A stretch of DNA of 64,000 bases from Candidatus Acidiferrum sp. (GTDB lineage Archaea; Micrarchaeota; Micrarchaeia; Micrarchaeales; Micrarchaeaceae), in the NCBI GenBank assembly GCA_035509375.1, contig DATJLP010000007.1:9848-73847 (forward strand). The letters are read 5' to 3'. The notes beneath the pieces are model-generated. The model did not search any database. It was not told the origin of the DNA and worked only from the letters and a program-made list of their open reading frames with translations. Shown in pieces: positions 35,901 through 44,594 of this stretch (positions are counted from its first letter, which is position 1; every line of letters starts with the position of its first letter). Made by a program: the position numbers and the translations under genes.

Positions 35901-38900
35901 CCCTTTGCGATGGCGCTCGATCCGGTTAATAAACAGCTGTATGTGGCTGATTTTGGCTCGGGGCAGGTTTCCTTATTAAATACGAACACGACAAACAGCA
36001 CACTGGTTGGGAACATAATGGTTGGTGCGCAGCCAATAGCAATACTCTACAATCCAGTGAAGAATGATACCTATGTGGCTGATTTTGGCTCGAATAATGT
36101 TGGTATACTCGGCAAGAACGCCGTGAAGCACCTCGTTGCGGTTCAGGATGAGCCTGATGCGCTCGCGTACAACAATAGCGGCTGCGTATATGTTGCAAAT
36201 TATGGATCTGCAACGGTATCAGTCATTTGCGAAAACGTGACGGTAGTTGTGACAAACCAGACCAGCCCATCGCCTCTGCCGCCACCTGGAGGTTGCTGGT
36301 TTGGTTGCGGCCCGGGTGGCCCGTGGGTGTGGCCGCAGCCGAGCCCTATAGGCCCGTTCCCATACATATGCGATCCGTTCACTGGATACTGCTATTGGAC
36401 GCCGCCAGGCGGCCTCATAGGATGGAATCCGAAACTCCCTCCCTACTATACCGATATATGCGATTGCCACGGGCAGCAGTTGTTAGAGATAGCGCAGAAG
36501 CCTGACGGCAGTTATTACACATTCTTCAATTTACCTGGTACGGCGAAAGATGTGGGGCAGCTGATTGAAGAGACCGATGGTTTTGGACTGATACCAGACA
36601 ACCTTGACCTAGGAGATGTGCTGCCCGATCAGTTGCAAGGGGCATACCAGTTTGTCACCGTGGTTGTGCCGGTAGCCTACGATGCGGCACAGGTGGCAGC
36701 ATTGATTTATGCTATGGGCAATACAATAACACTCAACCCAGAGATAGCCAAAAGTGTATTTGTTGACGGCAACAATGGTATAGTGTACAATGGCCTCGTG
36801 GTGGATTTTGCAGATACGAGCAACCAGATACTCTTTAATTATACGGATGAGGCAACAAATGCAACAAACATGTTTGTAAACCAGACTCTTCAGCAGTTCA
36901 CAGATACGGAATCGTATCTTGTAGAAAGGCAGATACTAGCAAATTCCTCAGTAAGGGAATCGCTGGTTGGCAATACATTTAACGTGATTAATGCAGACTT
37001 TAATGCGATAGCGATTGTTGGACCAGGACAGGTCGCGTACACAGTGATGGCCCTCAATACCACAAATGCAATAAGCGATAATATAGAGCTCACTAACCTG
37101 ACAAGCGATTCTGCAATTCCTATATCAATGATAGACCAATCCGGAGTTCCAATATTAAATTTTGATGGAAATGTTTTACTTATCAATACAACTGTTTCGG
37201 GAACCAATGTTGGTGTGCAGATACCTGTAAAAGGTAACAGCACCACAGGCATTGTTGTATTCGTTGCAGGGGGACTGCCATCTCCAATTCCGGGAGAGTG
37301 GGGCGTAAGGGCTTTCGGTAAAGACCAATATTCAAACAATAACACAATAACCTATTCGCATGTGCAGATTGGCACATACAACGATACAGAAATAATACAA
37401 AACCCGGGAGGATACCGTGCAGAGCTCTCGTATATGATTGACTTGAGTGTCTTCTGCTTTGAGCTCTACATACATGTTCCTTTCTGGCCAGTGACATATA
37501 ATCTCACCTTTGTAGCCCAAGGTCTGCCATCGGGCACGCCGTGGGGAGTCTCGCTGTTTGGCATACCATTATCGACAACTTCAAATAGCATAACGTTACA
37601 CCTGCCGAATGGTGATTGGCAATATGCAATTGATGCTCCGTTGAACTATTCGGCAAAGCCGCCAGGAGGGGCGGCTCTGATAAATAACTCTGGTGGCACA
37701 ATATACATAAACTTCAGCAGGCTGCCTTCCAACACTAGATACGCGCCTTATCCGATACCGGTGGGGAAGAACCCGATAGCTCTTCTGTTTGATAAGAATG
37801 ATTGCTTGCTTTACGTTGCCAACTACGGATCCAATTCTGTCTCTGTGGTGCAGGGGCTTGTGAACATAGGAAATCTCTCTGTGGGGGTCAGGCCTACAGC
37901 TTTGGCACTGGCAAATGACACCGGCTGGTTGTATGTGGCAAATAAAGGATCTGGCAGCCTCAGTGTTATAAACATAACCAGGGAGATCGCGACGCTTAGT
38001 GTTGGGGCAAACCCGGTGGCGATGGTTTATGACCCTCTCAACAAATATATCTACGTGTCGCAACAGAATGCATCGAGCAGCATCGTCTCTGTAGTTTATC
38101 ATCTTAGTGTGCTTACTGGCGGTTCAACCAGTTTTGTTGTACCATCAAGCAGCACGCAGATACCAGTAAACAACACTTGCACAGGGGGTGAGTATGTGCT
38201 CATAAATGACACATTATACGAATACATACAAACAGTGTCATCACCCAACAATGCTGGAAACTTCACCACTGCCAACATCATTTCCACTTCGGCAAGCAAC
38301 CTCACCTTAACACTCCCATCCAACTATAAGTCATTCTTCTTCACCACAAGTTCCTACTTAGGGGAGACCACCACAACGCCAAAGACGAGTTGGAGCGCCT
38401 TTACCTACAATGTAGAGAAAACCAACTTGAATGAGATCCGTAATCTCGGGGTTACTTATGTTTCGCAGAATGCATCAGCAACAGGGATTTCACTTTCCAA
38501 CTCGCTTCAGGTAAGCGTGAACGTCGGAGGGGGGCCGATAGCGATGGCAGGCCTGGCTTCTAGTCTTCCATACGCAAACGTAATTGCCTACAACAGCGTT
38601 GGCCTATCATCAGAGGGAACAGGATCTCACAGCCTTCAGCTTTCATTCCCGGTGAATGTGGCAGGGGATGCAGCGTACATACTAGGCGCGGTGAGTTCAG
38701 GCAGCGTGCAGCCGAATGTCACAATGCCAAACGGGTGCAGTATGGCCCAATCAGCATCTGTAGACTTGAGCCATGAGGGGTGGGTGTTCGCTGCCAACTG
38801 CATATTCTCAAGCGGCGGCACGTTCAGCGCGAACTACATATACAAAGGAGCTGGCACAGCCACAATGGCGGTCTGGGTCTTTAACACCTCTGCCAATACG

Positions 38901-38903
38901 TAA
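32955..38903 (+). CDS. giant secreted surface protein (1982 aa) with duplicated DUF2341/ConA-like modules and YVTN beta-propeller repeats
   Basis: GTG start preceded by GGGGGAG. Signal-peptide-like N-terminus. Two homologous modules (NLQNVEF.Y.NGT.IPSW.EGN...VYWLKL.PSI) and two blocks of ...YVAN.GS..VSVI... repeats. There are very many N-x-S/T sequons. Confidence 0.85.
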   Translation: MANNARGRFLAITVAIIFLCLICLPTITTAVSIPVSISNYASVLISNHQSFATKGGLQQLLILNASKFSTYENGNLQNVEFFYSNGTIIPSWLEGNLSNELQTTNLNRSSRIVYWLKLAPSISAGGNYVVYVGFAPKNVSFLNGVTVGEAPELSSPYGRYDNGGQVFTNGYWDFSGSSFPSGINSIVNNGTVSVNNELTIIGGRTQTPGENGAAAPNIIVNESVDFYGTLTTSPVGDSWGWSEDGISNCTNKYNAHLGVIGCSDISVDFEGSAGGPNCTIAGGFALRNAGFGGTCSLKGVPLNTGNYIPAYNGYAIFSFVFTPDNAILYTNYTDMYANIIYTQNTIKGLPFAIAVGNNEGTYAPNGEKIYWLRYRQTPPNGIMPNTSVGGASSVITARSPITLYNNQPVGTSSNFQQMLPINSSKYTAYEANNLQNVEFQYANGTVIPSWFEGNPSNETRASNLNASNNLVYWLKLGPSIRANGNLTIYIAFANRSVSLLNNITTGEAPQLSCTNPSNTATGCGVNQYGKYDDGGKVFPNYWNFNGTSLEGFSTPGGSGNFVVVNNGVVIGGVLNGTFPYIYRFTYNALSLGVGMIGYLNSSNGLFIFRGSNPNEDGIVSAFNSSMSRYEIFNYNNTSGLSSFENTGVPYSTKHIALLIYGNSTSIRGYAAGSFKASSTDYVQQQSTSIYVQGGAGYAQVIFTANTPPDGIMPTTSPAASNVVLGLSLSANQIVYGQPGTITAMASNNGIINIELNGNVVATGSSSTSYQVCQARNSSCPAAGTYSVVASSPDANYIVNKTLVIVQATPQLTLSVPSNYSFDQQPGNVIFGINTIDNQLNVTLSGAAIGTTNLASSALTEPFPGNYSATLYTPGNANYTPASRTANFSIFAQMTNITGIGRLPDALAFDSCNGYIYVANWGSNTVSVIDNLTVLGNITVGIGPKALQFDSANCKVYVADNVSNDVKALVGFSVVSTTYVGADPFAMALDPVNKQLYVADFGSGQVSLLNTNTTNSTLVGNIMVGAQPIAILYNPVKNDTYVADFGSNNVGILGKNAVKHLVAVQDEPDALAYNNSGCVYVANYGSATVSVICENVTVVVTNQTSPSPLPPPGGCWFGCGPGGPWVWPQPSPIGPFPYICDPFTGYCYWTPPGGLIGWNPKLPPYYTDICDCHGQQLLEIAQKPDGSYYTFFNLPGTAKDVGQLIEETDGFGLIPDNLDLGDVLPDQLQGAYQFVTVVVPVAYDAAQVAALIYAMGNTITLNPEIAKSVFVDGNNGIVYNGLVVDFADTSNQILFNYTDEATNATNMFVNQTLQQFTDTESYLVERQILANSSVRESLVGNTFNVINADFNAIAIVGPGQVAYTVMALNTTNAISDNIELTNLTSDSAIPISMIDQSGVPILNFDGNVLLINTTVSGTNVGVQIPVKGNSTTGIVVFVAGGLPSPIPGEWGVRAFGKDQYSNNNTITYSHVQIGTYNDTEIIQNPGGYRAELSYMIDLSVFCFELYIHVPFWPVTYNLTFVAQGLPSGTPWGVSLFGIPLSTTSNSITLHLPNGDWQYAIDAPLNYSAKPPGGAALINNSGGTIYINFSRLPSNTRYAPYPIPVGKNPIALLFDKNDCLLYVANYGSNSVSVVQGLVNIGNLSVGVRPTALALANDTGWLYVANKGSGSLSVINITREIATLSVGANPVAMVYDPLNKYIYVSQQNASSSIVSVVYHLSVLTGGSTSFVVPSSSTQIPVNNTCTGGEYVLINDTLYEYIQTVSSPNNAGNFTTANIISTSASNLTLTLPSNYKSFFFTTSSYLGETTTTPKTSWSAFTYNVEKTNLNEIRNLGVTYVSQNASATGISLSNSLQVSVNVGGGPIAMAGLASSLPYANVIAYNSVGLSSEGTGSHSLQLSFPVNVAGDAAYILGAVSSGSVQPNVTMPNGCSMAQSASVDLSHEGWVFAANCIFSSGGTFSANYIYKGAGTATMAVWVFNTSANT

Positions 38904-38934
38904 AAGCTATTGGAAAGCTATTTATTAATCTTCA

Positions 38935-39687
38935 TTGATTCTATTTTGGAAAGGTGTTCATATCAGCTTCATCGATGCGGATAGCACTGAAATGGTAGAG
39001 GTTCTAGTTTTCGGAGACAGTATAACATACGGTGCGTGGGACAACAATGGCGGTTGGGTTCAGAGATTGAGGGAACCAATAGACATCAAGAACCTTGTTG
39101 ACGCGGACGTTGCCTACTTCGTGTACAATCTAGGCGTGGTGGATGAAACCAGCACAGGTATTTTGAAAAGGCTAGAGCTTGAGATGGCAGCTAGAAGATA
39201 TGTAAATGAAGAGCAGGAGAGAATAGTGTTGTTCAATTTCGGCCTTAATGACTCTGCATTGATTAAAGAAAAGGAGCATAGGGTTCCCAAAAAGCAGTTT
39301 GAGGAGAACCTCATAAAACTCATTGAGTTGGCAAAGAAGGACGCAGATAAAGTGATCTTTATTGGGCCAACACCTGTTGATGAATCGAGAGCAAACCCTA
39401 CAGCCTGGGATCCAGATAAAGGATATCAAAATAAGTACGTTAGGGAGTACAACGAAATTATACAGCGTGTCTGCAAAATCAAGAACATCCCGTTCTTGGA
39501 AGTATTTGACAAGATGCTGAGGCTTGAATATACCTCCTTGCTTGAAGACGGGCTGCACCTCAGCCCAGCAGGTCATTTGGTACTTTATGAATTTGTAAGA
39601 AAGTTCTTGGAGGATAACAAAGTTATAAACTTCAGCCCTGAGAAAGAGGTGGGAAGTGTGCACCGTCCGCATAGCAAGAAAGGTTAA
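38935..39687 (+). CDS. SGNH/GDSL-family hydrolase
   Basis: Block I VLVFGDSITYG, block III GLNDS, block V DGLHLSPAGH. The likely start is MVEVLVF at 38992. Confidence 0.75.
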   Translation: MILFWKGVHISFIDADSTEMVEVLVFGDSITYGAWDNNGGWVQRLREPIDIKNLVDADVAYFVYNLGVVDETSTGILKRLELEMAARRYVNEEQERIVLFNFGLNDSALIKEKEHRVPKKQFEENLIKLIELAKKDADKVIFIGPTPVDESRANPTAWDPDKGYQNKYVREYNEIIQRVCKIKNIPFLEVFDKMLRLEYTSLLEDGLHLSPAGHLVLYEFVRKFLEDNKVINFSPEKEVGSVHRPHSKKG

Positions 39688-39768
39688 CCGCTTTTCAAAA
39701 TAACAAAATAGGTAAGTATTTTTGTATATTTCAGCAAGTATAAATATCTGGAAAGCACCTAATTATTC

Positions 39769-40110
39769 GTGAATAACATGGCAGCTCCAGCACAGACTTT
39801 GAAGCCAGGAGAGACAACGCTCGCTATACTGCAGGAGAAGATACGCACCACGGAGGAGCACGTCCACACGTGGGTTCCTGAGTACACCGCGTTGCCTCAG
39901 TTCTTGAGGCCGTTTGTCGCTGAGCTTGGTAAGAAGGTGGTGGGCGTTCAGCCAACCGAAGAGTTCAAGGAGGAGCTTAAGCTGCTCAGAACAGAGGCAT
40001 CTAGGATAGTGGAAAGGATACAGGCTGCATCGACAGAGGATTTCGCCAAGACTATGGCTGATTTCCAGGAGATGCTGCTGCAGGCGCAGCACAAGTTCGT
40101 CGAACGTTAG
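39769..40110 (+). CDS. hypothetical helical protein
   Basis: About 110-aa ORF with a likely ATG at 39778. No motif recognised. Confidence 0.4.
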   Translation: MNNMAAPAQTLKPGETTLAILQEKIRTTEEHVHTWVPEYTALPQFLRPFVAELGKKVVGVQPTEEFKEELKLLRTEASRIVERIQAASTEDFAKTMADFQEMLLQAQHKFVER

Positions 40111-40161
40111 CTCGCCGCAACCATCCCAAATGCATAAACACCTAAAATTGGAGTAGTTTTC

Positions 40162-41097
40162 ATGAAAATAGTGTTTTATGCAGATAATCATACAGATATG
40201 GAAGGGCCCAAAAAGGTAGAGGGGCTTGTAGAGGAACTTCTCAAACAGCATGCTCCGAAAGATCTTGTAATCTGTACTGAGGATAACTCTGATGAATTCA
40301 CAAAGAGGGTCTTTGCTAAGGGGCTAAAAGGCATCATGAGCGGAGAGTACTACATTAGGCATATCATAGATAGTCCTGTTGTGAAAGCAGCCCATTTTGA
40401 TCTCCTAAAAGTATTTGCCGGGTTTGCCGAAAAAGGGGTGAGGATCTTTCCTGTAGATATGAATACAACCACCGCGAAAGGTATTGATGTGCTTATGCTA
40501 GGCCACCAGTATAGAGACCTTGAGGACCGTCTTGGAGGCGCCAGGAGCTTTGACCGGGCTTTTGTCGCTTATGCAGACATGCTTAAACTGTTACAGCAGG
40601 GTGATGCCATAAGAAACCCAGACATCTTTGAGAACATAAGCGCCGTTATAGCTGAACAGAAACCCGAATGTGTGGTGGTTGTTTATGGCGGGGCGCACAT
40701 CCCATATCTAAAGCAGAGGTTTGATGCGCTAGGCTACAATACGAGTGTTAGAAATGAATCTGTATTTGAATCGCTCGACACGAGAGTTGATGCGGCTGTT
40801 GCAAGGGGCTGTCTGACAGAAGAAGACAGGCTGGAGGTCGCAAGGGGACTGCTATTAGCTATAGGGACTTCGTATAGGACATCGGCGTCCAAAAACGAGA
40901 TGGAGACCGCTTTGGATCAAAAAAGAGTGACCAAACTCCGCGGTTTGGTGGACAAAGTAAAGAGCATGGATGAGGCTAGAGGGGTTTTTGACAGTATGGC
41001 TTCAGGAGAGTTTTTTGAGAGGCTGTCAGATAAAGCAGAGACAAGGACGCAGAAGCGCCTGCGCGAGCTCGGAATACCTGAACGCAGGCCGCGTTAA
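40162..41097 (+). CDS. hypothetical protein (faint ChaN/TraB/Tiki-like pattern)
   Basis: FYADNHTD...LVICTED near the N-terminus and VVVVYGGAHIPYL later recall the Tiki/TraB/ChaN superfamily. The resemblance is weak. Confidence 0.4.
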   Translation: MKIVFYADNHTDMEGPKKVEGLVEELLKQHAPKDLVICTEDNSDEFTKRVFAKGLKGIMSGEYYIRHIIDSPVVKAAHFDLLKVFAGFAEKGVRIFPVDMNTTTAKGIDVLMLGHQYRDLEDRLGGARSFDRAFVAYADMLKLLQQGDAIRNPDIFENISAVIAEQKPECVVVVYGGAHIPYLKQRFDALGYNTSVRNESVFESLDTRVDAAVARGCLTEEDRLEVARGLLLAIGTSYRTSASKNEMETALDQKRVTKLRGLVDKVKSMDEARGVFDSMASGEFFERLSDKAETRTQKRLRELGIPERRPR

Positions 41098-41130
41098 TCC
41101 GCTATAACGCTGTCATCGCAAAGAAACGCA

Positions 41131-41160
41131 ACCTATTTATACCTATTTTAACCTAAATAC
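41131..41160 (+). promoter_or_regulatory. three tandem 10-nt TATA-like repeats upstream of 23S rRNA
   Basis: ACCTATTTAT ACCTATTTTA ACCTAAATAC read directly, about 140 nt upstream of the processing stem. Confidence 0.4.
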
Positions 41161-41302
41161 TGCTTGGTGCTATTATGGCAACCGGGTCCTTATAGGCTCC
41201 TACTGTATTTGAAGGCTTTTTCTGTCTGATGAAAATACTATTGTAGCGTCTGTAATCTCTGTTGTTATGCATTGATGATATCGTCTGCTTGGCGATTGAC
41301 TT

Positions 41303-41321
41303 GAGGAGAAGAAGTTTGCAA
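41303..41321 (+). repeat. 5' strand of 23S rRNA processing stem
   Basis: GAGGAGAAGAAGTTTGCAA is complementary over 16 nt to 44157-44172. Confidence 0.7.
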
Positions 41322-41329
41322 CATTATAA

Positions 41330-44155
41330 ACCACCTAGGGGATGGCTTGGCTGTGGTAGCGAAGAAGGACGTGGCAAGCTGCGATAAGCCCAGGGTAGCC
41401 GCAGGTCAGGCGTTGAACCTGGGATTTCCTAACTGTGCACAGCAATGTGCGCGCATACTCGGGGAACTGAAATATCTTAGTACCCGAAGGAGAAGAAATC
41501 ATTAGAGATGCGGTGAGTAAAGCGATTAAAAGCCGCAGAGGGCGTACCGAATCCCGTCTTGGCAACAGGATGGGAGATGTGGCGCTGCGTTTCATCCAAT
41601 CGAATAGCCGAACTTTCTGGAAAGAAAGGTCATAGAGAGTGACAACCTCGTAGGCGAAGTTCTATTGGAGATTGCAGCAAAAGAGTAGTTCTGCCTGAAT
41701 ACGCAGAACGAATACGGGGGCATTAAACTCCAACCCTAAATATTGACCATAGACCGATAGCGAACAAGTAGCGTGAGCGAAAGCTGAAAAGAACCCACAC
41801 GCGTGGGATTGAAAAGATCTGAAACTAGGTGGTGACACGAAGGTAAGGCGCGGAAGGAATGAAGTGCATTGAAGAGAAGATGCGAAAGCATCCATCGTTA
41901 TGCATGGAACAGTGTCTTATCATTCTTCTTGAAGCAAGAGCCAGGGAGTGTGTGGTTGTGGCGAGCCGAAAGGCGTAGCGAAAGCGAGAGCTCGCAGATC
42001 CGAGGAGCATGGTATGAAAATGCCAGAGTCACCATCACACGACCCGAAGCCGCTGCGAACTACTCGTGACCAAGGCGAAGCTAGGCTAACGCCTGGTGGA
42101 GGCCCGCAACCTGTCATGGCATGTCCTGTTGGGTGAGTTACGAGTAGCGGCGATATACCACTCGAGCGCGGCAATAGCGGGTCCCCTCTGAAGTATCTTT
42201 AGGATAGCTCCGGCTGAGCTTGCACATGCGGTAGAGCTACCGAATAGGAGGTAAGGGTTCGAAAGGGCCCACCTTCTTATCAAACTCCGAATGCGTGTGC
42301 TGCGTAGACGCCGGGAGTCGGCCATGTTGGGTAAGCTAGCGTGGCGAGACTGCAAAGATAGTGACTAAGGTTAAGGTCCCCAAATCCTAGTTAAGTGTAA
42401 CAAAGGTTAGAAGCTCTTTAGACATCTGGGAGGTAGGCTCAGAAGCGGCCACCCTTTAAAAAACGCGTTATAGCGTACCAGTTGAGGGGCATCTGACCGA
42501 AAATATACGGGGCTAAACTAGGTACCGATACCCTAGAGTCGAGAGACTGGTAAGGGGGCGTGCTGCACGGCACGAAGTATGTCCGAAAGGACATATGGAC
42601 CGTGTAGCAGTGAAAATCCTGGTATTAGTAACAGCATTTATGGGTGAGAATCCCATACACCGAAAGCACAAGGTTTTCTTCGCGACGCTCGTCAGCGGAG
42701 AGTTAGGCGATCCTAAGGTGCAGGCCAATCACCTTGCACCAAAAGGGAAGCTGGTTAATATTCCAGCCCGTAGGATGTAGGCGTGGCAACACAAGGTAGA
42801 TTTCTGACGCTTGGGGATAGTCCCGCAAGAAAGTGCAAATGGCTGCGGAGTCTCGTTATGAGGAGAAGCAGCTAAATGAACATTGGGATGAGTTCCTGAG
42901 CCCGTGAAAAGGGAATCTGCAACGATCATTCTACTCCGTACCTAGATCTAGTACAAGTGCTGCTGGCTGAAAAGGCCAAGGTGTGACGGAATAACCGTGG
43001 TTAGGGAAATCGGCAAATTGGTGGCGTAAGTTATCGACAAGCCATGTCTGCGTATAGTATGCGCAGATAGCATTTACAAGGGAACAGCGACTGTTTATCA
43101 AAAACACAACTCACCGCAAAGCCGAAAGGCTAAGTACAGTGGGTGACGCCTGCTCACCGCCGGTACGTGAAAGCCCTTTTCAAGGGGAATAAGCGCCGGC
43201 AAAGAGCGGGAGTAACACTGACTCTCTTGAGGTAGCGTAATACCTCGTCACTTAATAGGTGACTTGCATGAATGGCGTAACGACTGTTCCACTGTCCCAA
43301 CCACGGATCCGGTGAACTTACTGCGCGGTGAATATGCCGCGATCTCTTAGTGGGAAATGAAGTCTCCATGAAGCTTGACTATAGCCTGTAGTTGTTGTGC
43401 AATGGATTATGCATAGAGTAAGTGGGAGCGTCGAAATGTGGGCTGCGGCCCACATGGAGCGACAATGTAACACCACTCTTAATCTGTTTCGCAGCTAACC
43501 CGTAAGGGAACAGCCGCAGGTGGATAGTTAGACTGGACGGTTATTTTCGATAAGGAAACGAAAATGACCAATGCTCTGCTTAGGCGGGTTGGAAACCCGC
43601 CGGTAAGCGCAAAGGCAAATGCAGGGCTGACTGTATCTCGAAAAGCGTGGGATGCAGACACGAAAGTGGGGCTTAACGAACGTTGGTAGCCTTTTTAATG
43701 GGGCTCCAAGCTGTCAAACAAGTTACTCTGGAGGTAACCGATTCGTCGCGGGTGAGAGTTCACATCGACCTCGCGCATTGATACATCGATATGGGCCTTC
43801 GTTATCCTGGTGATGCACAAGTCACCAATGGTTGGACTGCTCGTCCATTAAAAACGAACACGAGCTGAGTTCAGTACGTCGCGAGACAGTACGGTAATAT
43901 CTACTAGGAGTGTTAGTGTCGGAGGATAAGATCCCCCTAATACGAGAGGAACAGGGGATCGGCGCCTCTAGTGTACCGGTTGTGAAAGCATCGCCGGGTA
44001 GCCACGCGCCAAATGGATAAGTCCTGAAAGCATCTAAGGACGAAGCTGTACCCGAAACGAGACACTGGGCCGGTTCAATTATAGAACTTTGATAGGACGG
44101 GTGCGCAAACAGGGAGCTCACGCGACCTGTGAACATACCGTTACTAAAGGCCAAC
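41330..44155 (+). rRNA. rrl: 23S (LSU) rRNA, stand-alone, divergent
   Basis: 5' domain GAAGGACGUGGCAAGCUGCGAUAAGCC. GTPase-centre, PTC and sarcin-ricin (AAUACGAGAGGAAC) regions are recognisable. The 3' part contains GAAAGCAUCUAAG. Ends are estimated to within about 20 nt from the flanking stem. Confidence 0.9.
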
Positions 44156-44156
44156 T

Positions 44157-44172
44157 TTGCAAACTTCTTCTC
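44157..44172 (+). repeat. 3' strand of 23S rRNA processing stem
   Basis: TTGCAAACTTCTTCTC is the reverse complement of 41306-41321. Confidence 0.7.
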
Positions 44173-44174
44173 TC

Positions 44175-44186
44175 TTCTTTTTGTTT
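44175..44186 (+). terminator. possible oligo-T terminator after 23S rRNA
   Basis: The T-rich run TTCTTTTTGTTT lies directly after the processing stem. Confidence 0.3.
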
Positions 44187-44206
44187 ATGGAGGATTAGCG
44201 TGAGCA

Positions 44207-44590
44207 CTATATTACGATTACGTTATGATATCCTAGCTTCTTGATCTCTTTGAAAGCGGTATCATTTGTTACCAGCTTTTCGTTATTTGCTATTGCTATT
44301 CCGGCAATTAAAATATCGAATTCATCTATCAATTTCCCTTCATTTTTCAAATTCCTGTATATTTCTGCGGATTTTTCTATCTCGCGCTCGCCCAAGGCAT
44401 AAACATTAAGATCTCTTAACATATCGTCGATGGATTGCTGCTCAGAGAACTTTTTACCTTTAAGCAGTTCATACTCGCCTATTATGGTGATTGCCGCATT
44501 CTCTTTACCTTTATAACTCTTGATCGTCTCGATTGCATCCTTCTGACCACTAAGAGCGTCTATAAGCAAGTTTGTATCAAAAACTACCAT
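44207..44590 (-). CDS. vapC: PIN-domain toxin VapC
   Basis: MVVFDTNLLID, an acidic Glu in GEYELLKG, a D in DILIAG and a TND near the C-terminus give the PIN acidic quartet. Confidence 0.85.
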   Translation of the reverse strand: MVVFDTNLLIDALSGQKDAIETIKSYKGKENAAITIIGEYELLKGKKFSEQQSIDDMLRDLNVYALGEREIEKSAEIYRNLKNEGKLIDEFDILIAGIAIANNEKLVTNDTAFKEIKKLGYHNVIVI

Positions 44591-44594
44591 TTCT

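Noticed and set aside
38800-38903. C-terminal sorting signal (PGF-CTERM or TM anchor) on the giant surface protein
   Set aside because: The C-terminus (...GAGTATMAVWVFNTSANT) has no terminal hydrophobic helix plus basic tail.
41335-44154. Numerous 60-127-aa ORFs within 41.3-44.2 kb
   Set aside because: The region is 23S rRNA, with conserved rRNA sequence blocks throughout. The ORFs are incidental.
44207-44590. A functional link between VapC and the adjacent 23S rRNA (some bacterial VapCs cleave the sarcin-ricin loop)
   Set aside because: Adjacency alone is no evidence for target choice, and the genes are on opposite strands. I treat it as coincidence.
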